A stretch of DNA of 63,362 nucleotides, counting the filler, from Phoronis australis (Eukaryota; Animalia; Phoronida): the NCBI GenBank assembly GCA_002633005.1. It is 6 parts of 6 records of this genome, joined end to end, with 100 filler letters (N's around TTAATTAATTAA, not from the genome) between each part and the next. Parts side by side here need not be neighbours in the genome. Positions count along the whole stretch, not along the records: positions 1 to 16,670 come from NMRA01000539.1; positions 16,771 to 46,031 come from NMRA01001296.1; 4 more parts are not named here. One strand, given 5' to 3'. This document shows positions 12,301-21,998 of this stretch, piece after piece; within the stretch, counting starts at the first letter, position 1; the number at the start of each line of letters is the position of its first letter. The position numbers were made by a program, and so were the translations under genes. Below the pieces are notes generated by a model, which did no database searches, was not told where the DNA came from, and saw only the letters and a program-made list of their open reading frames with translations.

Positions 12301-15300
12301 TTTTTACTGTAATATTTGAAAAGAGGAGCGAAAACAAATATGAGTACAACTTTGAATTTTTCAAATCGGCCCAGGATAAGAGATTTTGCAACACAGCAAC
12401 ACTCACGATTACTTTCATTCGGCGCGCACTAATACAAAAATATAGGACCCAAGTTATTTAGATTTTGGAACACATGCATTGCAATATTCAAAATACTTTT
12501 ATTATGAATCTTACAAGCTGTAAAACGACGTTGTTAATTTCATTGTGTTCATTCATTGTCATCCGTCAAATCGGCAATTTCCGAGATGTGATCTGCGGCG
12601 TGCGCGTATGTGTACAAAACACGTGATTGTTATGTTCCTGAAGTACGAAAATTAAGAAGGCTTTAACATGCCGTTATTATTGACAGGGACACGATAAAAC
12701 GAATTTGGATTTTGACTATAGTCTTGATACAGCGATCTGACTGACCACTGCGTCAGTGTCTCCGTTAGACCCAGAAATTTCACACAGCCCGGGTAGTTCA
12801 TTTCGTCCCCAACATGTAGATCGAGCCTTGGACTATTAATACTCCACGGCAGAGCTAACGACAGTCGGCCTGTGCACACAAAATCTGTGAGTTAACCAGC
12901 ACTCACCTTGCACGTTACAGCCGTTTAAGTGAAAAACAATCTAGTAAACGCCATTTTCTTGCATAATCCTCCGCCTTTTGTAACAAAAAAGTCTATCGTC
13001 GATGACCCGCACACGCACGCTCACTCACTCTCATACACAGACGACCTTCAAAACAAACGTCACGTGACAACAACATGTGTGTTCATCCAGAGATTTTTCT
13101 CTTGTTGTGGAGTACGATGTAGCGCACATTTGGACTTAATCGCAATTAATCTGGACTCCACATGAACTTTAAAAATTGTAAAACATCAGGAAGATTTCAG
13201 GTAATTTGTTGAGTCGAAACTATATTTTTATTCAAGAGTACAAGTTTTCCTATTGACGATGGCGATTCAGCGGCGACGCATCAGTCGGCAAGTTTTCGCC
13301 CTGTGATGAGCACAATTTTTTGAAAGATTATCGTAATTTAACAACGGAAGTTCATAGCAATGCACCACAATTTTGTAGAAAGACTGTCATATGCTAAAAT
13401 TCGTCACAAAGCGTAAATTTTATGAATCCTAGCTTCCGATTTTACCCGTTTGGGAAACCGGCTTTCAACTGCCGTAGGCTACAATAAGAATCCCCTCCCC
13501 GTGAAATGATTTTTTCTAAGCGTTTATTAGAGCCAATACAGTATACAGCTTTCCACCAAGGCTAGATGATACTACGACACTATTCTTTGTTGCATTAGTA
13601 ACTGGTCTTGGCTAATATTATCATTTTATGGCCTGGTCATCCATTCAGCCAAAAGTAGGTCCAGAGGTGGCTTATCAGCCAATTATTCACGCATGCTGAC
13701 TCACAATAGAAGCCTGATAAGAGTGAAGGTGGATAAATGCGGTGTTCCTACAGTTTCTTGTTTTAGTGGATGTGTTCACGACATGGTGATGATGATGTGA
13801 TTCCTGGTGACAGTGATGGCTATAGTAATAACCTCTAGACAGATTTCAAAGTTTTGAAAGACTATTGACACTACAAAAACATGCTTTCGTGTTCTTCAAA
13901 CATAAATACGTTGTTTAGGTACTGGTTTAGTTTTAAGTGTCTTGAAGGAAACAAGCTCCGAACAAAATATACAAAAAAGTAAGATAGTGATCATGTATCA
14001 GATTACATGGAAAATGCATTTAGAAATTGTGGCTGCTAATAAATGGGGTTTTGATTATGTTTCTCATTTAATAAGTTGCATTTTCAGATTTCTTGACCAC
14101 AAAAATGTGGGTGCAGCCATTAAAACTAACATTCTAAGTAACCCAAGAGCAAAGATACTTAAAAAATGTATTTTACGGGCGCCATTTTTAAAAATCCAAG
14201 ATGGCCGCCAAAATGGCGCCCCCAAAATTAAAATTTCCAATTTCTTGACCTGAGACACGCAGGTGTAGCCATAAAAACCAACATTCTAAGTGACCCATAA
14301 GCGGAGATATTGGGTAAGATCCATTTTACCGGCGCCATTTTTGAAAATCCAAGATGGCCGCCAAAATGGAATCAATTATTTTCTGATTTGTCATTCCATG
14401 AGGTTTCCAAAAATGTATAGTTTCCACTTTCCCCAAAAATTCCAACAGAATTACACAACAAACCTGACTAACTCCTCAGTTTTGGCCCTGTCGAGCAAGG
14501 CTCGTAATATATGTTATTATCTCGACAAAATTGCAAGTAGAAGCCAAAGCGAAGGATTGAAAACTTAATTGTGAACATCGGTAAAAATGCACTACCGAAA
14601 ATACGTAGCATTTTGGAGCCACGGCGTGGATCTACATAAACGGCAAGCACGTTCTGGGCAAATAAGCAGTGCCCGTATTGGTTGACATGCACGTAGTATG
14701 TAACTCAGAACAGATTGGCAACATTCAGCAGTCGGCAAGTGTGCTTTGTTTGAGTCTGTCTTCGGAGGTCATAATCACGGTCACCACTCAAGTACTGACC
14801 GGGTTACGCTGGTGTTGCTTCATCAAAATCACTGCCTTTGAAATGTTCATTTGAATGGTTACAGTTACTCTGAACTCCGACTTGCTACGTGTGTCTGTCA
14901 CGGTTCCGCCTCGACCATCGGCGATCATTGGACACGAAATTCTCGGCTAAACTGTTACAGATTCAGTTCAGTAGGTTTCGTGATCCCCTCAAAATTTTAG
15001 TAAAACGTTCCTTTTGCTTTGAGGGAAGAATTGTTATTCATTAAGGATTTTTACTATTACTTTTAACTGCATTCGTGCAGTTTTTGTCGACGCTGATGTC
15101 AACTCTATGAGGCTCGTCGGATTTGCGTTGACATCTGAAACATACGCGGGCGGTTTACATGTCAGGTGACCTCGACGTAAATCTTCAACCCGTTCCCGTA
15201 GGAACCTTTTTGAAGGATCGTGCCTTTTGTCTTCGTCTTGGCGAGATTCATAGGGAAGATAATGTTCGCCAAAGTCTGCGTGAATATCAGTTAGCACACC

Positions 15301-16670
15301 GGTCTTGCCTGACGATGCCATTATCTGATGTAGGACTTCCGCGTCACGTGACATCATAGGCAGAGCGACCTCTGGTTGACGTAAGGTGAATTACTTTTGA
15401 CATTAAATCAGCCCTGCTTTACTATTAACTCAGAATAAGTATCTATTATTCTATGCTTGAGTACAATGTGGTTTACGCGGATGGGTTTATATTCTAAATT
15501 CGTTCTTAGCTGCCCCTACCATCTCGAGTAAAATCTAAATATTTTGAGTTCCGGACAAGAACGTATAGCTTTAATGCTGACGTTATCCTGCTGTGCAAAC
15601 TAGGATTAGAAAATCAATCACCTAAACCATAAAATAATCGAGCACAGAATTATAGACTTTTATTTTGAATTTTTATGTCAAAATAGTTTAGAGCTCGATT
15701 TCGGTTACAAAATTAGAAGGAGAACCCTGTAACACAGCGTCGAGTGGTGTGCTTGGTGGCACTGGCGGACTTAGGATGTTTTACGGTGCTAACTGCAATT
15801 TCAGTCCCTGTTCTAAATCCACCAAAACTCCAGCTCAACGGCAAAATTTGCAATAAACCATTAAATATTGGTGGCAAAAGAAAATTACAACTACGCTCAC
15901 CGAAGTTCGGATGGTCGTCGACAAGTCGTTTTGTGGACTCCGCAAAACCGCCAACAGTAGGATCATCGTGTAGTCCAACAATCTTCAACGAAACAAAAAG
16001 CGAATAACGCAGTAGCATTGTGGACATCCTCACAACACGTATTATCGTGGGTTACAAATCATGGGCGGCGCACCATAGGGGCCTGGGGGCCTAGCCCTCA
16101 CCGGCTTACTTCAGCCGAGTGCTGCACTGCCCATAGACTCTAAGGACAGCGCATCATAAGGGACGGGGGGCTATAGCCCCCCACGTATTTTTGTGCTGCT
16201 CCGCCCATGTACACTGACTGAGAGCCTCTTTTCTTATGAAACACAACTTTACTCTTGAATTCTCAACTCCTTTATGAACGACTTTTCATGACAATTCCTG
16301 AAACGACCGTACTTATTCTGTGGCGCTTTAGCAACTCCTGGTTCAAAGTACAAACTTATGGCATCAGTCACGTGTTATTTGTCGTTTGCTTGCAGTCGCA
16401 ATTTTCTTATACAAATTCAAAGCGATTACATTTTCAATGTAAAGTTTTAGAATTTAGGGTAGACCTATACAAAGCCTATCAATGATACATATGTAACTTG
16501 TTGTACGTATAGGCTTTAGGGGAAATGAATTCTTGTTGGTCGCAAAATGCATTCATACGCCTTGATCTCGGACCATATAGAAGACGCTGTGACAGAGTGT
16601 ACAATATTTACCTGGCTGAGTACCGCGTGGTATAAACGACAGGCGTCATCACTTGTGGTTGTAAAGGGCA
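371..16670 (-). CDS. TTC38: Tetratricopeptide repeat protein 38-like, partial at both ends, 9 exons seen
   Basis: Hand-spliced GT-AG exons with consistent phases: 16612-16670 (PFTTTSDDACRLYHAVLSQ, runs into the spacer), 15901-15982 (IVGLHDDPTVGGFAESTKRLVDDHPNF), 4808-4982 (VMGKVLVHG..LTDREKKHVTAV), 4156-4329 (WEDILMDFPTDMLA..LRDSVARVIP), 3531-3606 (YIHGCYCFGLEESENYDLAEK), 2641-2760 (DAFANHALAHVHEMTG), 2057-2113 (SCHTFWHLALYYIEK), 1545-1665 (GDFEAALNLYD..SALYRLEFEG), 371-533 (DVGNRWQEV..FYDAH). These are collinear with recalled human TTC38 motifs. Confidence 0.93.
5762..8171 (+). mobile_element. Degenerate Academ-type DNA transposon #1
   Basis: Ends TAGGCCATAGTCC / GGACTGTGGCCTA, with subterminal IR CCGTGGCCACTTTCTGGGGGCAA / TTGCCCCCAAAAAGTGACCACGG. 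Exact 3-bp TSD CTT (5759-5761, 8172-8174). Decayed Cys-rich C-terminal coding (KCKRSGCSKK..CSC..LCDC) and an acidic tail at about 7555-7700. Confidence 0.75.
6530..6801. mobile_element. hAT-like MITE nested in Academ #1
   Basis: Terminal IR CATGCGCGCACC / GGTGCGCGCATG with a G-rich subterminal region. No clean TSD. Confidence 0.55.
9141..9815 (+). CDS. THAP zinc-finger protein, the truncated N-terminus of a Kolobok transposase (224 aa)
   Basis: Intact THAP signature: CCVPECTN..LHRFP..W..VCGKHF..LKKDAIPSV. It is followed by an S/P-rich linker and TCPKC. Transposase-like sequence continues in shifted frames to about 9925 (GAQVTIQ*EC; KWDSCSSVHGMSEVHLTMSS). No DDE core is present. Confidence 0.8.
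   Translation: MPHCCCVPECTNYRLTRALGVPLHRFPMDDTLRRTWLVRVKNAALPVHATYKAVENYRVCGKHFLPSDYERDLYAELMKVPAKQRLKKDAIPSVLIPGSAPSPPPRSAFLKREASRAVASTVTGASGGTSSTVTRASERTPERAIPGTSSDSPCAVFSSPEPLSSPAAILSSGSDYRLSSTPSEEDSSSSSEQIGEPNLLWTCPKCRSYLEGARCVATKSHDTM
9920..10216 (-). pseudogene. KolX / P2X7-ballast-like Cys-rich ORF, with a nonsense codon and 3' truncation
   Basis: MARVGD..GYTFEPEY..RRGDTS*CKCTVCVVMPTSMECLCCSEF. This matches the recalled KolX pattern YxFEP..RxGxTxWCxCxxC..MPT..ECLCCxE, with TAG at 10004-10006 in place of the conserved Trp. Confidence 0.75.
10680..12040 (+). pseudogene. Frameshifted 3' part of the Academ transposase (XPG/PIN-like nuclease region plus Cys-rich CXC-like tail)
   Basis: Fragments in several frames: IDQKHAISHYEFTLTPRAIFAVSGTM; NDHEKSDVLLMH; KALPAFHAFTWTDNTG; LRWHLF..KVPPTIGALKQHVLRVFIQARVW; EAIIEMVKCQCK..RCSCRSKDL. 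The acidic tail (GDDDV) resumes after 13787. Confidence 0.8.
12041..13785. mobile_element. Non-autonomous TIR element with CATG ends and 2-bp TSD (CMC/EnSpm-like, tentative), inserted in the Academ ORF
   Basis: Imperfect TIR CATGCTATGAACATTCCCACTAAA / TTTAGTGGATGTGTTCACGACATG. Inner IR ACCGTATTTATCCACCTT / AAGGTGGATAAATGCGGT. TSD GT at 12039-12040 and 13786-13787. Removing the insert restores Academ codons Q-N-G-D-D-D-V. Confidence 0.7.
16060..16209. mobile_element. Short hAT-like MITE
   Basis: IR CATGGGCGG.GCA / TGCTCCGCCCATG with G/C-run subterminal motifs. Confidence 0.5.
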
Positions 16671-16770
16671 NNNNNNNNNNNNNNNNNNNNNNNNNNNNNN
16701 NNNNNNNNNNNNNNTTAATTAATTAANNNNNNNNNNNNNNNNNNNNNNNNNNNNNNNNNNNNNNNNNNNN
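16671..16770. other. Artificial contig spacer (44N-TTAATTAATTAA-44N)
   Basis: Exactly 100 nt. The core has stop codons in all six frames. Confidence 0.97.
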
Positions 16771-17101
16771 AATGGCTTAGTGAACATATTGCACTCTGTT
16801 CACTGGCAATATGGGCTTTTTTGTATTTGGATAAGTTAGGACAATTATATTTTTTTTTGAGTTTTTACGGCTGAAGTAACCAACCTATTGACATTAACAG
16901 GTCAAAAAATACCACCTATTTTTAATGCATCACTTCTTACAGGAACGACCACCCATAATTTGAGTTTTTTTCTGAAGACCACCACCCATGAATTTTTATT
17001 TCTACTGCCGTCCCCCCCTCCCACACGGATTTTACTGGAACAGCCCTAAGTGACTTAGAAAGATATAAAGTGAAACGCTAACAGCTGTGAAGGAAACTTA
17101 C

Positions 17102-20100
17102 CGCACCAAGAGATGCTTGCAAACTGCCGCGGAGAATCTTGATAAGATAACTAGCAAATGAAGATATGGTCCCTGAAATGAGAAATTTAAAGTAAACGCA
17201 AGATTATAACTGTTGTTTTTAGTTGAATGTCACTCTAAGAACTTTATGTAAAATATTGAGCTCATACGTGTTAACACTGTCTCATATTCGCTTAATGTCC
17301 ATTGCTGAAATTTCTAAATTTTCACTTTTAGACACTCATAATTGGCGTAGCACCCAACTCCGATCAAGGCTTACTTAGCAGCTTTGTCTCATGATAACTT
17401 GTAAACGACAAAAACAAAAAAGCTAACACAGCCACTAGGGATGCATCTGAAAATCAAAGTCAGACCTGCACTTGTCCATTGGAACATATCCCTCAAATTT
17501 CATGGCAAACTTGGAAGGTAACGAGGCACGTGCAAAACCTTGTCACTAGAGAACACTGCATTATTCAGATCTGCCCAAAAATCAATGTCAGTCGCACTGT
17601 CATCAAAGGGAGATATCCCTCCATATTCATGGTGATACATCAAACTGTTTGCCACACAGATAGGTGTATGCAAAAAGACGCACACCAAAATACTAAGACT
17701 GCCACAGACTACAGCAGTAGATCCAATAGGTAACATCATCTCCCAATGGCATGCTTTGGCAAATTTCATGACTTGGAAGATATAACAGAGGCAAATAAAG
17801 AACTTAATAAATTCACCAATAGATGGTACACTAGTAGGGTATACATCGATATCATTTGCTGATAATTTCAAAGGGAAACACTTCAAATTTCCTGCAAGGG
17901 GTTTAGGCGTCACAGCCTGACACCAGACATCAGGACAGAGATCAGCAATTTACACTGACTCACAGAACTTTTTGAGTGCACATAAAACATTCGAAATGGG
18001 AAGTACATGTATCAGACGAGTGTTCATGTCAAAAACTCTGCATCTCGACACCGCCCTACTGCCTGTAACTGCATATTTACACCTACCTCCGGTTAAATAC
18101 ATGGCTACGAACTGTTCCTTGCCAAATAGACTCACAGCTACACTAGAGAATGACCATAGAACATACATATTGACGGCGAGATGGAGAAACGAGTAGTGAC
18201 TGAACGACGAGAGCAGCATAGACCAGCATGGAGCACCTGACGGGGAGAAGCAAGTTTGTCCAGCATTAAATATTTGACATTCTATAGGGTGTAATCAAAT
18301 GACAAGTCAGTGACACTAAATGTCACAGGAATGAGGACAGAGACAATGATCTAAAATTTCCGGTCGTCATTGTCACCATATATCATTATGTTACTAGTAT
18401 GAACAAAGAAAAATTGCAGAAAAGTTAAACGAAGGTCAAAACACAATTAGGATTTTGCTAAATTGACCAGTCACTACCAGTCCCATTCACTGGGGCTGTT
18501 ATGATAGGGATTAGGTATTTTGTCTGATTATGATTATGCAGAATTTTCAGTCATTGAAGGCAGCCGGACTAGAACTTGATTACCATATATACAACTGTGA
18601 GGTCACAGGTTTATTCTTCCATATGACGAGCTATTGGTACCAATACCCTAAGTGAAGTCTTATTTCTGCAGCAGTTAGTGAATTCAAAAGTTTTTTGATA
18701 ACACTGACAGCCATATTTGTTAAACAGTGAGAACACATGTCAGTTCCTTCTTTTTGATTTTACAAAAAATGTTTTATTTGTGAACATTTTCGTCACTGGT
18801 TGTATTTTCAGACAATGGAACCTGCAGGACAAAAATTAGTCTAAAACAGTTTTTCACTCGAAAAATCATCTAGTAAAATCACAGTAGTTTTCAAAATAAT
18901 AAAATGGATAATGTAGAAACTCCACAACGTTTCAATGCACAAACTGCGATAAGTACTCACTTTTTTACTAGAACCTTTTACGGTTCTGGCTAAGTCTCAA
19001 AATATATCAACAGACGTTGGTCCATGCAAACCTAACCTACCAATAGCTGGATTACTGACAAAGTACTTGAGCATCACTGGCTGAAGACTAGGGATTTTCC
19101 ACATGGCAAACACCGCCACATTAAGGCCGATGATTCCTAACACTACCCTCTGACCAGCTGTGAACTGACTCCAAAGGCTATTTATCTGAAATGATCAAAC
19201 AAGTAATACATGTTTGGGTCCAGCGTGAGAAGGCATGTGTTATGATGTTATCAAACAACGTTAAACCGTTTCTAAGAACAAAATCCAGTCTAAAGCGTCA
19301 CATACGATGATAAGTAAGTCATGCAAAATCAACAAATTTGAAAATTTAGAGGTTGTGAGTCAAGGTGTGAAAATCAAGCCGTGAACTAAACTCTGCCTAT
19401 AGTGAGGTTCTAATGACACCTCGTAGGCTACAGTGTTAAAAAAAAAACAACTAATACAAATGGTTACTGCGGGAGAGTTGAAGTGTTAAACAAATGCCTC
19501 TTTGTGGCTTTAAATTATTCAAAAAGTCAGTTGCTTAACTAAGTTGAAGTATTGTTTAGTTTCTGCAACCAGACAATGTTTAACGCAAAAGGCATCAACT
19601 CATTTTGAAACACTCTTTTCATTAAACTTTTCGTACAATGGTGGTTTCCAGCAACAGAACTTTTTAGGACATCAAAAGATCGAAGTGGTCTGAAGCTCTT
19701 TTTATTACTTGAATAACTTTTTGTCTCCTGAATTACAAATGTCTCTCTTACTGTGTTCTGTTTTGCTTTGTCGCAGATCAGAAGTTTTCGTCCAACCCTG
19801 CAACCCCTTTACAAATCTAAAGCCGGCCATTGCCATAGGCACTTTAATGCNACAATCAGGCACACCAGTTGTGATTTGTAAGCCTGGACCATGCATAACC
19901 TTTACTTTTTAAGAGTTGCAATTTTCACACTACATTTATTATAGTGATGCGGATGGATCAAAGAATACAAAAAACAAAAAAAATTTTCACGGGCCACATC
20001 CTCAGCCTCTTGGGCTTATAAGTCACCTGATTACCAATTAACACGCGAACGGACACGCATAATATTTCAGACAAGTTCATTTCGCTAGTCAGCAAATTCA

Positions 20101-21657
20101 TCTATACATTTTATTTAACAAAAAATCACCTACCAGCACTACAAACCCAAATGGTCGAACTAATCGTGAGAACTCGTTTTTTATTCCTGCTTCTACATGT
20201 GTTGGTTCTTTTCCTGTTCTGATTGATCTGTGTTTGAGTGTGTTCTGTGTTGAGAACTTGTTTAACGTCTGTTTACATCTAGCGTGAATGTCTGAACTTT
20301 CTTTGATGAGGCAATGGAAATTTCTAAGCTTGAGACACACCAGCTTCATCTGTGAATGTTGATTGCTAAAAGGAAAGTAACACAACATCAGTTTCAAAGT
20401 TTAATGTTTTAGGGGTTAAATTACTATTTAATTCACACTAATTTAGCTATGGTGTTTTGAAGAGAACCAGGGACAGGAAACCATACTTCATAAATGGCCG
20501 GCAAACAGAAGTTATGAGTAGATTTTGTTTTAGTGGAGTTGTCAGCATTTCCCAAGAGATATGATAAAATTCAAAAATTTTGCAAATGTCACAAGCACGT
20601 TCCGCAATGAATGTCAATGATGTATTCCATTAGCAGGTGACAGAACGAGGACTGGTAGAAGTCATCAAGACAGGCTTAGCTTACAGTGGTTTGTAGCTTA
20701 TTTTGACACTACTCCTCAGGCAGCTTGCTGGCTGGCTAGCATAGACTCCTTGATTTATTGACTATTACTAGTTCAGCCTAGCCAGCAGTAACTGACTCAG
20801 TAAGGACAGTAGGCAATGACCATCGCCTCTGTTGGCCCGAAGCAGAGGCGATGTAGAGGCTATAGGCGCTCTGTACGCCGGAAGCTTTTCTGCGAATTTT
20901 GCTTCGCACCGACTAAACCATCAAAGTCACCATTTTTATACTGCGCACGCTCCAATTCATAACATCAATCTTTAAATAGGCCAAAGGTGAGCCGTTGCGG
21001 TCTTGTCAGTCAAATGTTCATTTCCAAAATGCCACCACTTATACTTGTCTTTAATTTGCGTTACTTGAAACTGATAGTATTTCAATGAATCATTGTTTGT
21101 ATTTGATAAAAATAAATGCTGTTGATATGACATTTAATAGTCTTTGTGCACATATTTGACATTTTAATGTTTAACAACACGGCAAATGCACGGCTGGTTC
21201 CCGGCAGCACGTACGCGAAGGGCGGGAACTTCAGCTTTCAAAGTTCGCCGGTAGGTCCGCAACTTCTGACCTTCGGCCTGGTTAAAAAAATGAAAAAGTT
21301 GATTTCACGATTTTGGGAACTGAAATAGGGACTGCTCGAAGAAAAAGTTTCATAACGGGAGTATTTGTTCGAGTTGGAAGGAATTAAACACATCGACAAC
21401 CTCCTAAGGTGTTCCTCTATGCGCAAAAGGTATTTATAACAACGTGACTTTGATGGTTTAGTCGGTGCGAGGCATAATTCGCCGAAAAGCTTCCGGCGTA
21501 CAGAGAGCCTATAGCCTCTACATCGCCTCTGCTTAGGGCCAACAGAGGCGATGGTCATTGCAGTATTTGGAGATACCAGTACTTACACATTTTGCCGAAA
21601 AATACTACAACCTAAGTTAGTGGAATGCCTACAAACTGGCAAAAGACGTATCCACAT
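17102..21657 (-). CDS. PARL: Mitochondrial rhomboid protease PARL, 5' part (5 exons); 3' exons absent from the contig
   Basis: Exons 21587-21657 (MWIRLLPVCRHSTNLGCSIFRQN, resembles a targeting peptide), 20134-20365 (..RLVRPFGFVVL), 19041-19185 (INSLWSQFTAGQRVVLGIIGLNVAVFAMWKIPSLQ..SNPA), 18087-18236 (SMLLSSFSHYSFLHLAVNMYVLWSF..GKEQFVAMYLTG), 17102-17172 (TISSFASY..SLGA). All phases join. Confidence 0.92.
20814..21560. mobile_element. MITE/foldback element with about 117-bp TIRs in PARL intron 1
   Basis: Arms 20814-20930 and 21445-21560 are near-perfect reverse complements (CAATGACCATCGCCTCTGTTGGCCC..). Each arm also has an internal CATCGCCTCTG/CAGAGGCGATG hairpin. Confidence 0.85.
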
Positions 21658-21998
21658 TTCGAAGATTGGATCAACAATATCGAAAATATACAGTTTAGTA
21701 ACACAGTAGTCAGATGTCCTATTCCTAATGAACAGATTCTCAGCAGTTGACTTCTCAGGCAGTGTGCATAGCTAATTGCTAAGTTAGTTACGTACCTAAG
21801 GATTGAGAAGTAGGTCTAATTAAAATGCCACGTTATAGATTTCCTTGTGTAAACGCACATCTCTATGTGGTCATATTTCAATACTATGAATTAGATTTAG
21901 GAGTCCGACGGAAGAAAATGACTGAAATGTCATATGAAAATTTACTTCTGTGTGGCAATATAATAGAAACTAGTGGAGCTATCTGGGGATATCTTGTA
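21658..21998. promoter_or_regulatory. Putative bidirectional promoter between PARL and COG3
   Basis: Divergent start codons at 21657 (-) and 21999 (+) are separated by only 341 bp. Confidence 0.65.

Larger units (their letters stand above)
8366..14470 (+). mobile_element. Degenerate Academ (AcademX-type) DNA transposon #2 with about 420-bp TIRs, carrying two nested elements
   Basis: Ends TAGTCAGGTT / AACCTGACTA. Exact 3-bp TSD ACT (8363-8365, 14471-14473). Long imperfect TIRs at about 8366-8785 and 14080-14470. Confidence 0.88.

Noticed and set aside
16715-16726. TTAATTAATTAA within N runs as a biological motif
   Set aside because: It is identical in all five gaps and is an artificial six-frame stop linker.
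21825-21998. N-terminal extension of COG3 suggested by ORF 21825..22193
   Set aside because: COG3 similarity begins just after MASD at 21999. The upstream stretch lies in the short intergenic promoter region.
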